Shown here: piece by piece, positions 48,408 to 64,000 of the stretch
Position numbering within the stretch: position 1 is the stretch's first letter
Layout of the letters: each line of letters starts with the position of its first letter
Assembly: GCA_902531985.1 (NCBI GenBank)
Contig: CACAGG010000001.1
Span: forward strand, 2,505 to 66,504
Reading direction: 5' to 3'
Source: an uncultured marine group III euryarchaeote
Lineage (GTDB): Archaea; Thermoplasmatota; Poseidoniia; MGIII; CG-Epi1
DNA length: 64,000 nt
Made by a program: the position numbers and the translations under genes
Notes under the pieces: model-generated
Told to the model about the DNA's origin: nothing
The model's database searches: none
The model's input: only the letters and a program-made list of their open reading frames with translations

Positions 48408-50087
48408 GTGAGTCAGACTGTAAGTAAGGCAATAGAAGACGCTATTCAATCGACATCAAATACTCTACAAAATGGAGGGTATCCAAAATTACCTATAGAC
48501 AGAAACCCTCCAATGGGCGATTTTGCGATAATTTGTTTCCCAGCTTCAAAAGTATTGAAGAAAAACCCCAATGAGATTTCCGAAGAAATTAGTAAAAAAA
48601 TAAAGCATAGTAATCTGATAAGTTTTGCTACAAATGTAAAAGGATACTGTAATGTTAATATTAACTGGAACACTCTCGCAAAAGATGTTATTTATGAATT
48701 GAAAAACCCGAATTATGGAACCTCAAACAATGAACCCGAAAAAATATTAATTGAACATACATCTGCCAATCCCACGGGGCCTTTCCATATGGGCAGAGCA
48801 AGAAATCCTATAATTGGCGATAGTATTGCCCGTTTACTCAGCTATTACGGCCATAACGTTGATACGGAGTATTACGTGAATGATACCGGACGCCAAGCGG
48901 CAACTTTAGCATACGGACTCTCTCAACATAAGACTAAGGGAAAAGGAAAAGTGGACCATAGGCTAGTAGAATGCTACCGTAAGGCCTCTGAAGATTTGAA
49001 AAATGATCAGGAAATTAAAGATAAAGTCTACAATAAAATGGAACTTATAGAAAGTGGAGATAAAACAGCCCTAAATGAAGTGAAGGATTCTTCTAAAAAA
49101 ATGTTGAAAGGTATGAAGGAATCTCTTAAGGAGCTTGGAGCGGAAGCTGAAAATTATTATCACGAGTCTGATTTAATTGCTACTGGAAAGGTGGAGAAAA
49201 TAATTGAAAAGCTAAAGGAAAGTAAAATATGCAAAGAAGAAAAAGGTGCATATTATTTAGATTTAAAAGAAAAAAATATAGCTGGAAGAAATCAAAAGTT
49301 TTTTTTCACACGGGAGAATGGACTTAGTTTATACACTACAAGAGATATAGCATATCATATTGAAAAGTTTAAAAATTACAATAGAGCAATCAACATACTT
49401 GGTGAAGACCACAAATTGCAAAGTAGATTGCTTGAAATTGCTTTGGAAGAATTAGATTCAAAAATCCCTGAACCTGTTTTTTATTCGTTCGTCAATTTAC
49501 CTGGTGGAAAGATGTCTACAAGAGCTGGGCGTGTAGTTTATTTAGATGATATCATGAAAGAAATTACAAAACTAGCTAGTGAGAAACTTTCAGAAAATAA
49601 ACTGGATAAATCAATGAAGGAACAATTGGCAAGACAAATTGGAATTGGAGCTTTAAGGTATAATATATTGAAAGTACAGGCTGAAAAGGGATTTACTTTC
49701 AATGTAGAGGAAGCTTTGAACTTACAAGGAGATTCTGCGCCCTTCTCCATGTACTCACATGCAAGAGCTTCTGCAATTTTAAGAAATTACGGAAATAAAA
49801 TTCCTGACATAGAGTCAATCCAACCCCTAGAAGAAGGTGAAATTAAATTATTAAGAACATTATCAAAATGGCCTAGCATAATTGAAAAGTCTGTAACAAA
49901 TCTTTCAATACACCATATTCCAAATTATATTCATTCACTGTCATCTGATTTCAACCAATTTTACAGAGACTGTCCTGTAATAAATAGCAATAATTTAGAA
50001 TTTAGGATTAATTTGGTGTTTTGTTCAAAAAAAATATTGAATGAAGGACTTTCAATACTAGGGATAAAGGCTCCAGAAAGGATGTAA
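48408..50087 (+). CDS. argS: arginine--tRNA ligase
   Basis: ...HTSANPTGPFHMGRARN... HIGH-region equivalent, a C-terminal DALR-like anticodon-binding domain. GTG start. Confidence 0.9.
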   Translation: MSQTVSKAIEDAIQSTSNTLQNGGYPKLPIDRNPPMGDFAIICFPASKVLKKNPNEISEEISKKIKHSNLISFATNVKGYCNVNINWNTLAKDVIYELKNPNYGTSNNEPEKILIEHTSANPTGPFHMGRARNPIIGDSIARLLSYYGHNVDTEYYVNDTGRQAATLAYGLSQHKTKGKGKVDHRLVECYRKASEDLKNDQEIKDKVYNKMELIESGDKTALNEVKDSSKKMLKGMKESLKELGAEAENYYHESDLIATGKVEKIIEKLKESKICKEEKGAYYLDLKEKNIAGRNQKFFFTRENGLSLYTTRDIAYHIEKFKNYNRAINILGEDHKLQSRLLEIALEELDSKIPEPVFYSFVNLPGGKMSTRAGRVVYLDDIMKEITKLASEKLSENKLDKSMKEQLARQIGIGALRYNILKVQAEKGFTFNVEEALNLQGDSAPFSMYSHARASAILRNYGNKIPDIESIQPLEEGEIKLLRTLSKWPSIIEKSVTNLSIHHIPNYIHSLSSDFNQFYRDCPVINSNNLEFRINLVFCSKKILNEGLSILGIKAPERM

Positions 50088-50089
50088 TA

Positions 50090-50166
50090 TGGTGGTGAGG
50101 GAGAGATTCGAACTCCCGTGGTCACGATCTGCAGTCGTGTGCATAGCCGGGCTCTGCCACCTCACC
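50090..50166 (-). tRNA. tRNA-Cys (anticodon GCA), CCA encoded
   Basis: The reverse complement folds with acceptor GGTGAGG/CCTCACC, anticodon stem CACGA/TCGTG with loop CTGCAGA, T-arm GGGAG-TTCGAAT-CTCTC, and 3' ACCA. Confidence 0.85.
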
Positions 50167-50196
50167 CACGTAAAGGTAAGTCTAAAGACGTATTAA

Positions 50197-50424
50197 TTAT
50201 TGATTGCTTGAACGGAAAAGAGTTCTTGCAACATCTGTAGAAGACATTTTTCTCTTCATATCTTGTAAGAGATTTTGATAGTGGGAAATTTGTTCATTAA
50301 TCCTTTCTAATTCAGAAATATCTGCTTCATCTTTTTCTAATCTTTCCTTAACCTTGATTTTACGGCTTTCCCAACGCTCTAACTCCTTTAAAGCTTCTAA
50401 TATTTTGTCCTCTATTTCTTCCAT
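50197..50424 (-). CDS. small coiled-coil hypothetical protein
   Basis: 75 aa, E/K-rich. Lies 2 nt downstream of the aCPSF1 stop on the same strand. Confidence 0.35.
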   Translation of the reverse strand: MEEIEDKILEALKELERWESRKIKVKERLEKDEADISELERINEQISHYQNLLQDMKRKMSSTDVARTLFRSSNQ

Positions 50425-50426
50425 AT

Positions 50427-52349
50427 TTACATAAACCTTATCGTTTCCAAATTATGTGGTACTCTAGCATCTAATCTAACTTTACGCCTTATATCATTTG
50501 CAAATTGCTCACACTTTTGAGAATCTCCGTGGTTCAATAATACTATTTTCGGCCTAGGTCTTATTGTTCTCAAATATCGCATCAATTGCCTTTTATCACT
50601 ATGTCCTGAAAATCCCTCGCAAGTTTCAAGATTCATGTTCACCTTAACAGGTACCATTCCTCCTTTATCTCGATCGTGAAGATGTATCTCATCTGCACCT
50701 TGTTGCAACCTTTGACCTGTAGTTCCAGAGGCTTGATATCCTACAAAAACCATTGTATTGTTAGATTCTGGAGCCCAATGTCTAAGATACTCCATTACTG
50801 GACCTCCATTAACCATCCCTGAAGTGGCCAAAACTATCGCTGGCTCATCCATTCCACAAATCTCTTGTCTCATATCAACACTTTCAACCTTCTTAAATAT
50901 TTCAGATCTGAAAGGGTTGTCTTGATTCTGATATATTTTATTCCTTAAGTTATTATTAAGATATTCTGGATAGGCTGAATGTAAAGCTGTAGCTTCCCAT
51001 ATCATTCCATCAAGATACACTGGAGTATCCTTTAATTTGCCTTCTGAATATGCTTTTTCTAAAACTAGCATCACTTCTTGAGATCTTCCAACTGCAAAAA
51101 CAGGAATAAGGATTTTACCTCTTTTTTCTACTGTCCGATTAATTATCTCTGTCAGATTTCTAGTACCTTCATCCCTAGCCGGTTGGAAATCATTATAACC
51201 ACCATAAGTAGATTCCATAATTAGTCCCTCTAAACGTGGGAAATGATTGACTGCTCTATCAAAAAGCCACGTGTTTTCAAATTTAATATCTCCTGAGAAA
51301 ACTAAATTGTATACTCCATCGCCGACATGGAAGTGAGCTGCTGCAGAACCAAGAATGTGTCCTGAATTATGGAATGTTAACTTTAGATCTGGAGAAACAT
51401 CCGTAGTCTCCCCATAGTTTAGTGTAATCGTATTTCTAATTGCTTGGCGAATATGTTCTGTATTATATGGGACTCTTTTGCCTTCTGCATTTTGAATTTT
51501 AATAAAATCGTTCTGCAATAGTGAAGATAATTCCCTAGTTGGCGCTGTACAATAGATAGGACCGTCATAGCCATAAACAAATAGCATAGGAAGAAGTGCT
51601 GAATGATCTAAATGTGCATGTGTTAAAACAACTGCATCTATACCTTCTAGCGGAGTTGCCTCTGGTGAACTTAAAAAAGGACTAGGTTCTTTATCGTTAC
51701 CTGGATTGAAACCACAATCTACCAAAACTTTACTATCTTTAGTCATCAACAAATGACATGACCGGCCTACCTCTCTGTAACCACCAAGTGCTGTAACTCT
51801 GACATGCTGTTCGCCTTCAATTGTATCTCTAAATACTTTTTTACCTACTTTTGTCAAAAACTTCTTGCGACCTTCTGCTATTTTCTCGTCAAGCATATAA
51901 TTACGAATTTCTTTAAGTGTTCGAGACTCCATAGGGGCAGCTCTAACGACTATCGGGTTCCAACCAATTTCACGCCTGACGTTATTCAAAACAGAACCAT
52001 GCTTACCAATGGCTCTACCAGGATTAGCTGCTTCAATTATGACATCGCCATTTACTTCATCGAATCGGATTTCTTTAACTTCAGCATCATCTGGTAATAC
52101 TTCGTTTAATTTTTGTTTAGCTGCAATTATTGGCTTCCTAACGCTAGGATCTGCCTTGATTATAATTCTCTTTCGAACTTTTTGAGCGAGAGTTCTGATT
52201 AAATCATTATTTTCTGAAAAAATTTCAACGTTTGGCGTGTACAAAACGACATTTGAAGCTTCAACCTTAATATCTGTAAAGGCTACACTATCTGGTATGA
52301 CTTCTGTCGCGACTTTTTTGACTAGTTTAACTACGTCTTCTACGGCCAA
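50427..52349 (-). CDS. fttA: archaeal CPSF1-type beta-CASP ribonuclease / transcription termination factor (aCPSF1/FttA)
   Basis: N-terminal tandem KH domains (...AIGKHGSVLNNVRREIGW...). Metallo-beta-lactamase motif THAHLDHSA. beta-CASP region. 640 aa. Confidence 0.9.
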   Translation of the reverse strand: MAVEDVVKLVKKVATEVIPDSVAFTDIKVEASNVVLYTPNVEIFSENNDLIRTLAQKVRKRIIIKADPSVRKPIIAAKQKLNEVLPDDAEVKEIRFDEVNGDVIIEAANPGRAIGKHGSVLNNVRREIGWNPIVVRAAPMESRTLKEIRNYMLDEKIAEGRKKFLTKVGKKVFRDTIEGEQHVRVTALGGYREVGRSCHLLMTKDSKVLVDCGFNPGNDKEPSPFLSSPEATPLEGIDAVVLTHAHLDHSALLPMLFVYGYDGPIYCTAPTRELSSLLQNDFIKIQNAEGKRVPYNTEHIRQAIRNTITLNYGETTDVSPDLKLTFHNSGHILGSAAAHFHVGDGVYNLVFSGDIKFENTWLFDRAVNHFPRLEGLIMESTYGGYNDFQPARDEGTRNLTEIINRTVEKRGKILIPVFAVGRSQEVMLVLEKAYSEGKLKDTPVYLDGMIWEATALHSAYPEYLNNNLRNKIYQNQDNPFRSEIFKKVESVDMRQEICGMDEPAIVLATSGMVNGGPVMEYLRHWAPESNNTMVFVGYQASGTTGQRLQQGADEIHLHDRDKGGMVPVKVNMNLETCEGFSGHSDKRQLMRYLRTIRPRPKIVLLNHGDSQKCEQFANDIRRKVRLDARVPHNLETIRFM

Positions 52350-52380
52350 TTTTGGCCTCCTTGCTTTTATTGGTCAGGTT

Positions 52381-53013
52381 TTAAGCTGCCAAAGAACTTT
52401 CAAGTTTTTTGATTTCCTTATCTGATACCTTTTGGAAACCATCGGAGTTAATCACACACATAGAAATTCCATCACCTGATGCTGAATCTCTTTTCATAGC
52501 TGCAGTCAAGGCTCTAACTCCTAATTTTTTACCTTCTGCAACAGACATATTTTCTTTAAAACGGTCTTCTAAAACACCATATACAAATGGAGAACCTGAA
52601 CCTGTAGTTTGGAATTTATCAGGTATCGAACCTCCTGCTGCATCTAATGAATAAACATGAGAACCCTCTGAATCTGTACCCCCTAAGAGTAACTGTACCC
52701 AGAAAGGCATGTATCTCCTACCATTCATAATATTAGCCATTAAAGTTGAAGCTGCCCTGAGAGACATTTGATTTCCATGCTTTAACTCGTATAATTTTAC
52801 TTCTGCAGATAACCACCTGGCAAGCATTTGTGCGTCACCAACCAGACCTGCTACTGTCAAACCCATATTGTCAGATATTTTGAAGAGCTTTTGTGTGGTC
52901 TTATGTCCTATGAGATTACCCATAGTAGCTCTCATTTCCGTAGCCATTACTATGCCATCCTTGCAAACAAGTCCTAAAGTGGTTGTACCTTTTTTTAATT
53001 CTTTCTCTACCAA
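52381..53013 (-). CDS. psmB: proteasome subunit beta (with short propeptide)
   Basis: ...KKG|TTTLGLVCKDGIVMATEMRAT... is the Thr1 active-site context. The preferred start is the TTG at 53013, preceded by GGAGGGAG, giving an 8-9-aa propeptide and removing the overlap with PCNA. The long ATG-initiated ORF to 53223 would add a ~79-aa N-terminus with no support. Confidence 0.8.
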   Translation of the reverse strand: MVEKELKKGTTTLGLVCKDGIVMATEMRATMGNLIGHKTTQKLFKISDNMGLTVAGLVGDAQMLARWLSAEVKLYELKHGNQMSLRAASTLMANIMNGRRYMPFWVQLLLGGTDSEGSHVYSLDAAGGSIPDKFQTTGSGSPFVYGVLEDRFKENMSVAEGKKLGVRALTAAMKRDSASGDGISMCVINSDGFQKVSDKEIKKLESSLAA

Positions 53014-53134
53014 AATCTCCCTCCATGGAGTAAAACGTATCTTTATCGGAGCTAAGTATATTAGGTTAATGCCTCTTAAATAATCATAAACAAAAGTTAA
53101 ATATCGGCCACCAATCAACGAAAGAGGTTGCAAA

Positions 53135-55651
<2,517 letters not shown>

Positions 55652-55687
55652 GCACAGACTTAATTATCCACTGTATTTCAGTAAATT

Positions 55688-55927
55688 ATGTCAGATGATA
55701 AAGAATCGAAAATAAAGTCTTTAGGATTAGATGAAGCTCTAGAAGATCTAAAATTTCTTGCGCAAAAAGTATCAGACATGTCCAAGGATCTCGCTCAAAA
55801 AGCTTCTGAACAGGCCGAAAGCGCTACAGACAAAATGGGAGACATTGTAGAAGCTACCGGAGAAATCTTAATTTCAGCTGGGGAAACTATAAAGTCTACA
55901 AAGAATATGTTTGACGATAAAAAATAA
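55688..55927 (+). CDS. small hypothetical protein (79 aa, acidic/helical)
   Basis: ORF only; no recognisable motif. Confidence 0.3.
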   Translation: MSDDKESKIKSLGLDEALEDLKFLAQKVSDMSKDLAQKASEQAESATDKMGDIVEATGEILISAGETIKSTKNMFDDKK

Positions 55928-55929
55928 TT

Positions 55930-60044
<4,115 letters not shown>

Positions 60045-60152
60045 AGTAATTCACGCTACTAAAGGGGCAATAATAAATGAGTTCCTACCCCAAAACATAA
60101 TGCCTAAATAATCAACAGCCTTTAAAATAGCTGTTGACAATAATGTGAAACT

Positions 60153-63100
60153 ATGGGGCCCAATCTAAAGATTATCACTTTCTTACTGGCGCTTACTGGG
60201 GTGATATTTTTTACTGAAAATTCAACTGCCGAAATGGATCCTTTTATAGACGATGTGTTGTACTCTAAAGAGGGTTCTGATACTAAAGTTTTAGTCCAGA
60301 GTGGAAGAGACAACGCTACCTTCTACAAATACTTAATTTTGGATGATTTTTCAGACGCTCCTGAGAATTGGGCATCTAAAAATTTTAATGATTCAAGTTG
60401 GTCCAATGGAGCTGCGCCGTTTGGTGATAGAAGATACAACAACGTAGATCCTAATGTAGACTGGGACACTTCAGGAAGCTCACCCTATAACAATGATATA
60501 ATATTAATAAGACACAAATTTCAATTAAATGGAATAGTAACTTCAGCTGAAATTGATGTAGCTTTTGCAAATTATTGCACTCCTTACCTAAATGGTAATT
60601 TGATATATGATGAAAGAGGAGGGAATTCACATGGTGCTGAATACTGGAATGATGATGGGACTGAAGGAATATCCTCTAGTTCTTTTGAACCGGGAGAAAA
60701 TGTTTTAGCTGTTTATGGAAGAGATTATGTATATGGTTCTGGAAATCAAAATAGACAATGGTTAGACCTTCAAATCACGGCCCAAGTTTTTGAATCTACT
60801 AATGAATCTATTATATTTGGTGACTCAGTAATTGTAGCAATAACTGGTGGAAACGAAGGGGATGAAAGTGTTGATGAATATTTCATTAATGTTACTTCGA
60901 ACAACAAAACAATTAAAACATTCTATTATGACGCTATACCTGCTTACGGTTATGGTTTATCATGGCTAGAATGGAAGCCTGAAATAATTGGCTTAAACCA
61001 ATTAACTGTAAATGTAACTTGTAACTGTAGCGATATCAATAATACAAATAATTTACAAGTATTAAATCTAACAACTGTAATTTATTCATTAGAGACTACA
61101 CATGATGAGGAATTGCTAATTGTCAATCAAAGCAGACTTTTTAACCGATTAATCCAAGTTAAAAATACTGGAAATATTACTGACAATGTTACACTATCTA
61201 TTGAAGACGAAACACTTGGAAATTGGAATGCACAATTTACTCCAAATAATTTCGAAATTGAAGCTGGTGAAACGAAAGACGTACTATTGACGGCAGTTGC
61301 CCCTGAATCTCTAGAAGATGGCTACTACAATTTAACATTTAGAACGCAAAGTCAATATAATTATGTGACTACAGCAACATTATTGCAAAGAGGCTCTTAT
61401 GGAGGCGTAGACTGGAAATGGATCAATTCAACTACCCATGAAGAACTATATGATAATATCAATTGGACGAAATTAAACTTCAATGATACTGATTGGAAAA
61501 ACGGCAGTACTCCTTTTGGAGACTCGGATGTTGATGGAATAGATTACAATACTTTCTGGGAAGGTGACAACTATGCTTATTTCCGTCACATTATTGATAT
61601 TCCAGACATTAATCTATACGAGGGAGGGTTCATGAGCGTAAATGTAGCAACAAATAATTACGGTGACTATTACATCAATGGAGCCTATGTTTTCGGAGAT
61701 ATGGATATAGGGGATGGGCATGGAGCTGAATATTGGAATGATGAGTTTCAAATTTACTTGAATTATCTTAACCAAGGCCCTAATATCATTGCAAGCGTTG
61801 TTTCTAATCCGCAAAACACACAGTGGTTTGATGAAGAAATACTAATTACTTTTCCACAAGCTAATCTTTGGAACTACAAAAGTGAAATCAGTAGTATACC
61901 TTTATATTTGGATTCAACTCCCCCTACTACTAGAGTAATAGGAGAAGGATTTTATCGTAATAGCTCTACATTTGAGGTTAAGTGGAAAAGTATTTCCAAC
62001 TATGATGATTTATCTGGATATTACATTTATTATTTAGAAAAGGATGGTGGAAATTTAGGCGAATGGACCCTATTAGGATTTTACACTAATGAATCTACTA
62101 ACTTTACAGGCCAAGGAAACTTAACCTATCGATTCAAATCAATAGCCATAGACAATAATGGAAATGTCGAGAACAAAGGAACATATGATACCGAGATGAG
62201 AGTTGATTTAATTACTCCAAAGTCTACATTATGGATTGTTGAAGGGAATATCGAATTTACAAATCTCGATGGAATTACTATCCAATGGAAAGCGAACAAC
62301 ACAATGGACATACAGGCGTATTTGATAGAATACAGAGATTCAAAAAATCAAACTTGGAAAGATTTTGGAGCATTTACTTCCACTGGAGAATATTGGTTTT
62401 CACCTGAAGAAGATGAGACTTTTGAAATTAGATCCCGCACAATAGATTATGCTGGCAATAAAGAAATTAAACTGGAAAGTGACATCATTGTCACGTTTGA
62501 TAGATTAAAACCAGAAGTAAAACTTAATTCTCTCAATCAATTAACTGGTTCTGATCAACTGATTATTAGCATTGAAAATAGAAGTGAAGGCTTGGATAAT
62601 ATTGAATTAGAGTATGCAAGACTTTTGGAAGATGTTGAGGATGTATTAGAATGGAGAGAAGTTGAATCTGAGTGGCAGAATGAGGAGATCTTGATGAGTC
62701 CTCTCATTGATGGATACACTTATTATTTTAGAATAAACCCCTCTGATTTGGCAGGTAATAAGTGCCCAAGAGAGCCTTACGAATATCAAGTATTTATCAG
62801 CTCCAATCAAACTGAAAAGCTGACTCTGCCAGTAATGCCACTAAAACCAATTATGATTGGGAAAATAAGAAACATAGAGATGTCTGCTGATGAAAATGGA
62901 GATGGTATTTTTGAAAAAACTCTTGAAGAATATACTGGTATTGATTTAAGAGCGATGAAAGCAAACCAGTACTGGGTAAATTATTTGACTGGTGAAATCA
63001 TTTTTGGTGATGGACAAGACGGATATATGCCACCTAATAATTCATCATTAAATCTAGCATTTAATGGATATGATTTGGTAACGACGGTTGATCTGAAACT

Positions 63101-63749
63101 TCCGGAACCTATTGAGCAAATCGAATACGTAATAGAAGATAGAAATAATGTGACTATTACGTGGAAAAAGCCTTTGGATGCAACCAGCTTTATAGTTGAA
63201 AGTAAAAAAAATTTTAGTATGCCTTGGATTTCTGTGACTACTATAGATATCAAAGACAATAATGAACCAAGCTACAAAGCTACAAATTTGAGTGATGGAT
63301 TCCATTATTATCGAGTGATTTCTGTGGATAGAATGGGCTATACTAATCCAAACATGATAAATGAACACATTAGAGTTATAATTGAAGCTGAAGTTAATAG
63401 TGTAATTGAGGCTGAACCAAAGCAAACTGAAGATTTGTATTTGTATGGTCTTGTCGGAGTGGTATTAGGTTCAATTGCAATATACGGCGCCTCACGATTA
63501 CTTAAAAGTGAAACTGATGTTGAAGTCGCAAGCAGACCTATGCTAATTCCAGTTGATAATACTTCAGAAGAGCAAACCACTATAACTGAAAGTGAGGTAC
63601 TAGAAACATTTAGTGTAGTGCCTGGAAGCCAATTTTCAAGACAATTAATGTATGTGTGTGAAAAAGGATGTATGAAGGAATTTGAAGTAGAAGGGGAAGA
63701 TGAGGAAGTTATGTGTCCTCATTGCGGAACAATAGGGGATTTAATTTAG
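60153..63749 (+). CDS. large surface (S-layer/adhesin-like) glycoprotein with signal peptide, internally duplicated beta-rich domains, C-terminal TM anchor and cytoplasmic zinc-ribbon tail
   Basis: 1198 aa. N-terminal MGPNLKIITFLLALTGVIFFTENSTA. Dozens of N-x-S/T sequons. A duplicated ~200-aa unit (..W.NG..PFGD...Y.NG......G..HGAEYWND.. at aa ~90-170 and ~445-525). TM LYLYGLVGVVLGSIAIYGASRLL. Tail C..C...18...CPHCG. Confidence 0.6.
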   Translation: MGPNLKIITFLLALTGVIFFTENSTAEMDPFIDDVLYSKEGSDTKVLVQSGRDNATFYKYLILDDFSDAPENWASKNFNDSSWSNGAAPFGDRRYNNVDPNVDWDTSGSSPYNNDIILIRHKFQLNGIVTSAEIDVAFANYCTPYLNGNLIYDERGGNSHGAEYWNDDGTEGISSSSFEPGENVLAVYGRDYVYGSGNQNRQWLDLQITAQVFESTNESIIFGDSVIVAITGGNEGDESVDEYFINVTSNNKTIKTFYYDAIPAYGYGLSWLEWKPEIIGLNQLTVNVTCNCSDINNTNNLQVLNLTTVIYSLETTHDEELLIVNQSRLFNRLIQVKNTGNITDNVTLSIEDETLGNWNAQFTPNNFEIEAGETKDVLLTAVAPESLEDGYYNLTFRTQSQYNYVTTATLLQRGSYGGVDWKWINSTTHEELYDNINWTKLNFNDTDWKNGSTPFGDSDVDGIDYNTFWEGDNYAYFRHIIDIPDINLYEGGFMSVNVATNNYGDYYINGAYVFGDMDIGDGHGAEYWNDEFQIYLNYLNQGPNIIASVVSNPQNTQWFDEEILITFPQANLWNYKSEISSIPLYLDSTPPTTRVIGEGFYRNSSTFEVKWKSISNYDDLSGYYIYYLEKDGGNLGEWTLLGFYTNESTNFTGQGNLTYRFKSIAIDNNGNVENKGTYDTEMRVDLITPKSTLWIVEGNIEFTNLDGITIQWKANNTMDIQAYLIEYRDSKNQTWKDFGAFTSTGEYWFSPEEDETFEIRSRTIDYAGNKEIKLESDIIVTFDRLKPEVKLNSLNQLTGSDQLIISIENRSEGLDNIELEYARLLEDVEDVLEWREVESEWQNEEILMSPLIDGYTYYFRINPSDLAGNKCPREPYEYQVFISSNQTEKLTLPVMPLKPIMIGKIRNIEMSADENGDGIFEKTLEEYTGIDLRAMKANQYWVNYLTGEIIFGDGQDGYMPPNNSSLNLAFNGYDLVTTVDLKLPEPIEQIEYVIEDRNNVTITWKKPLDATSFIVESKKNFSMPWISVTTIDIKDNNEPSYKATNLSDGFHYYRVISVDRMGYTNPNMINEHIRVIIEAEVNSVIEAEPKQTEDLYLYGLVGVVLGSIAIYGASRLLKSETDVEVASRPMLIPVDNTSEEQTTITESEVLETFSVVPGSQFSRQLMYVCEKGCMKEFEVEGEDEEVMCPHCGTIGDLI

Positions 63750-63788
63750 ACAGACTGCTATCTTTAAGCAACACTTGCTTAACCATAT

Positions 63789-64000
63789 ATGACTTTAAGT
63801 TCAGAAGTTCCTGGATTTTACAAGAAAAAACCATCTGAGAGATTAGATTATGTTAAAAAATTTGCCGATTTATCAGATGAAGAAACTAAAGCTATTGGCG
63901 GATATGGAGCATTAGGTGAAGAAACTGCAAACAGAATGATAGAAAATGTAGTTGGTACTTTTCCCCTTCCTCTTGGAATTGCGGCCAATTTTATGGTAAA
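63789..64000 (+). CDS. hmgA: hydroxymethylglutaryl-CoA reductase, N-terminal part (continues beyond window end)
   Basis: Hand translation gives MTLSSEVPGFYKKKPSERLDYVKKFADLSDEETKAIGGYGALGEETANRMIENVVGTFPLPLGIAANFMV. This matches the class I HMG-CoA reductase N-terminus (..ENVIG...LPLGVA.N..). Confidence 0.7.
   Translation, partial: MTLSSEVPGFYKKKPSERLDYVKKFADLSDEETKAIGGYGALGEETANRMIENVVGTFPLPLGIAANFMV

Overview
This is a low-GC archaeal chromosomal segment. The gene content (Alba, aIF2-gamma, TFB, thermosome, aCPSF1/FttA, PCNA, proteasome beta, Elp3, RpoN) suggests a marine euryarchaeon of the Thermoplasmatota/MGII type, but that is inference. The window is gene-dense on both strands. It opens with an 11-subunit-type complex I operon on the minus strand (nuoA-B-C-D-H-I-J-K-L, with no nuoEFG adjacent). 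NuoJ is split into two ORFs, and the second carries a large extracytoplasmic insertion. NuoI carries four ferredoxin-type Cys motifs. Housekeeping blocks follow: panB / ribD-like / purN; the L18e-L13-S9-rpoN operon followed by tRNA-Pro; S6e-aIF2gamma-PIN-deoxyhypusine synthase; aceE-type E1; thermosome; PGM; TFB; Elp3; tyrS; argS; aCPSF1; psmB; PCNA; argF; hbd; purA; and a partial HMG-CoA reductase at the 3' edge. I read three tRNA genes from the sequence, each with an encoded CCA: Pro-GGG (+), Leu-TAG (-) and Cys-GCA (-). No rRNA, CRISPR array or obvious transposase is present. The most unusual content is at 37.4-43.5 kb, where two large genes sit back to back. One is a 1158-aa polytopic membrane protein with an N-terminal zinc ribbon, Asp-rich Ca-binding-like loops and a C-terminal McrB-type AAA+ (AAA_5) motor domain, with no McrC partner. 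The other is a 795-aa membrane-anchored protein with about 500 aa of coiled coil ending in a GreA/GreB C-terminal (FKBP-like) domain. Other points of interest are a 23-nt element repeated exactly after two stop codons in a small-protein island (27.4-29.6 kb), a recurring zinc-ribbon + TM + large ectodomain architecture, a 1198-aa sequon-rich surface protein with an internal domain duplication, and an AsnB-like PP-loop amidotransferase next to Elp3.
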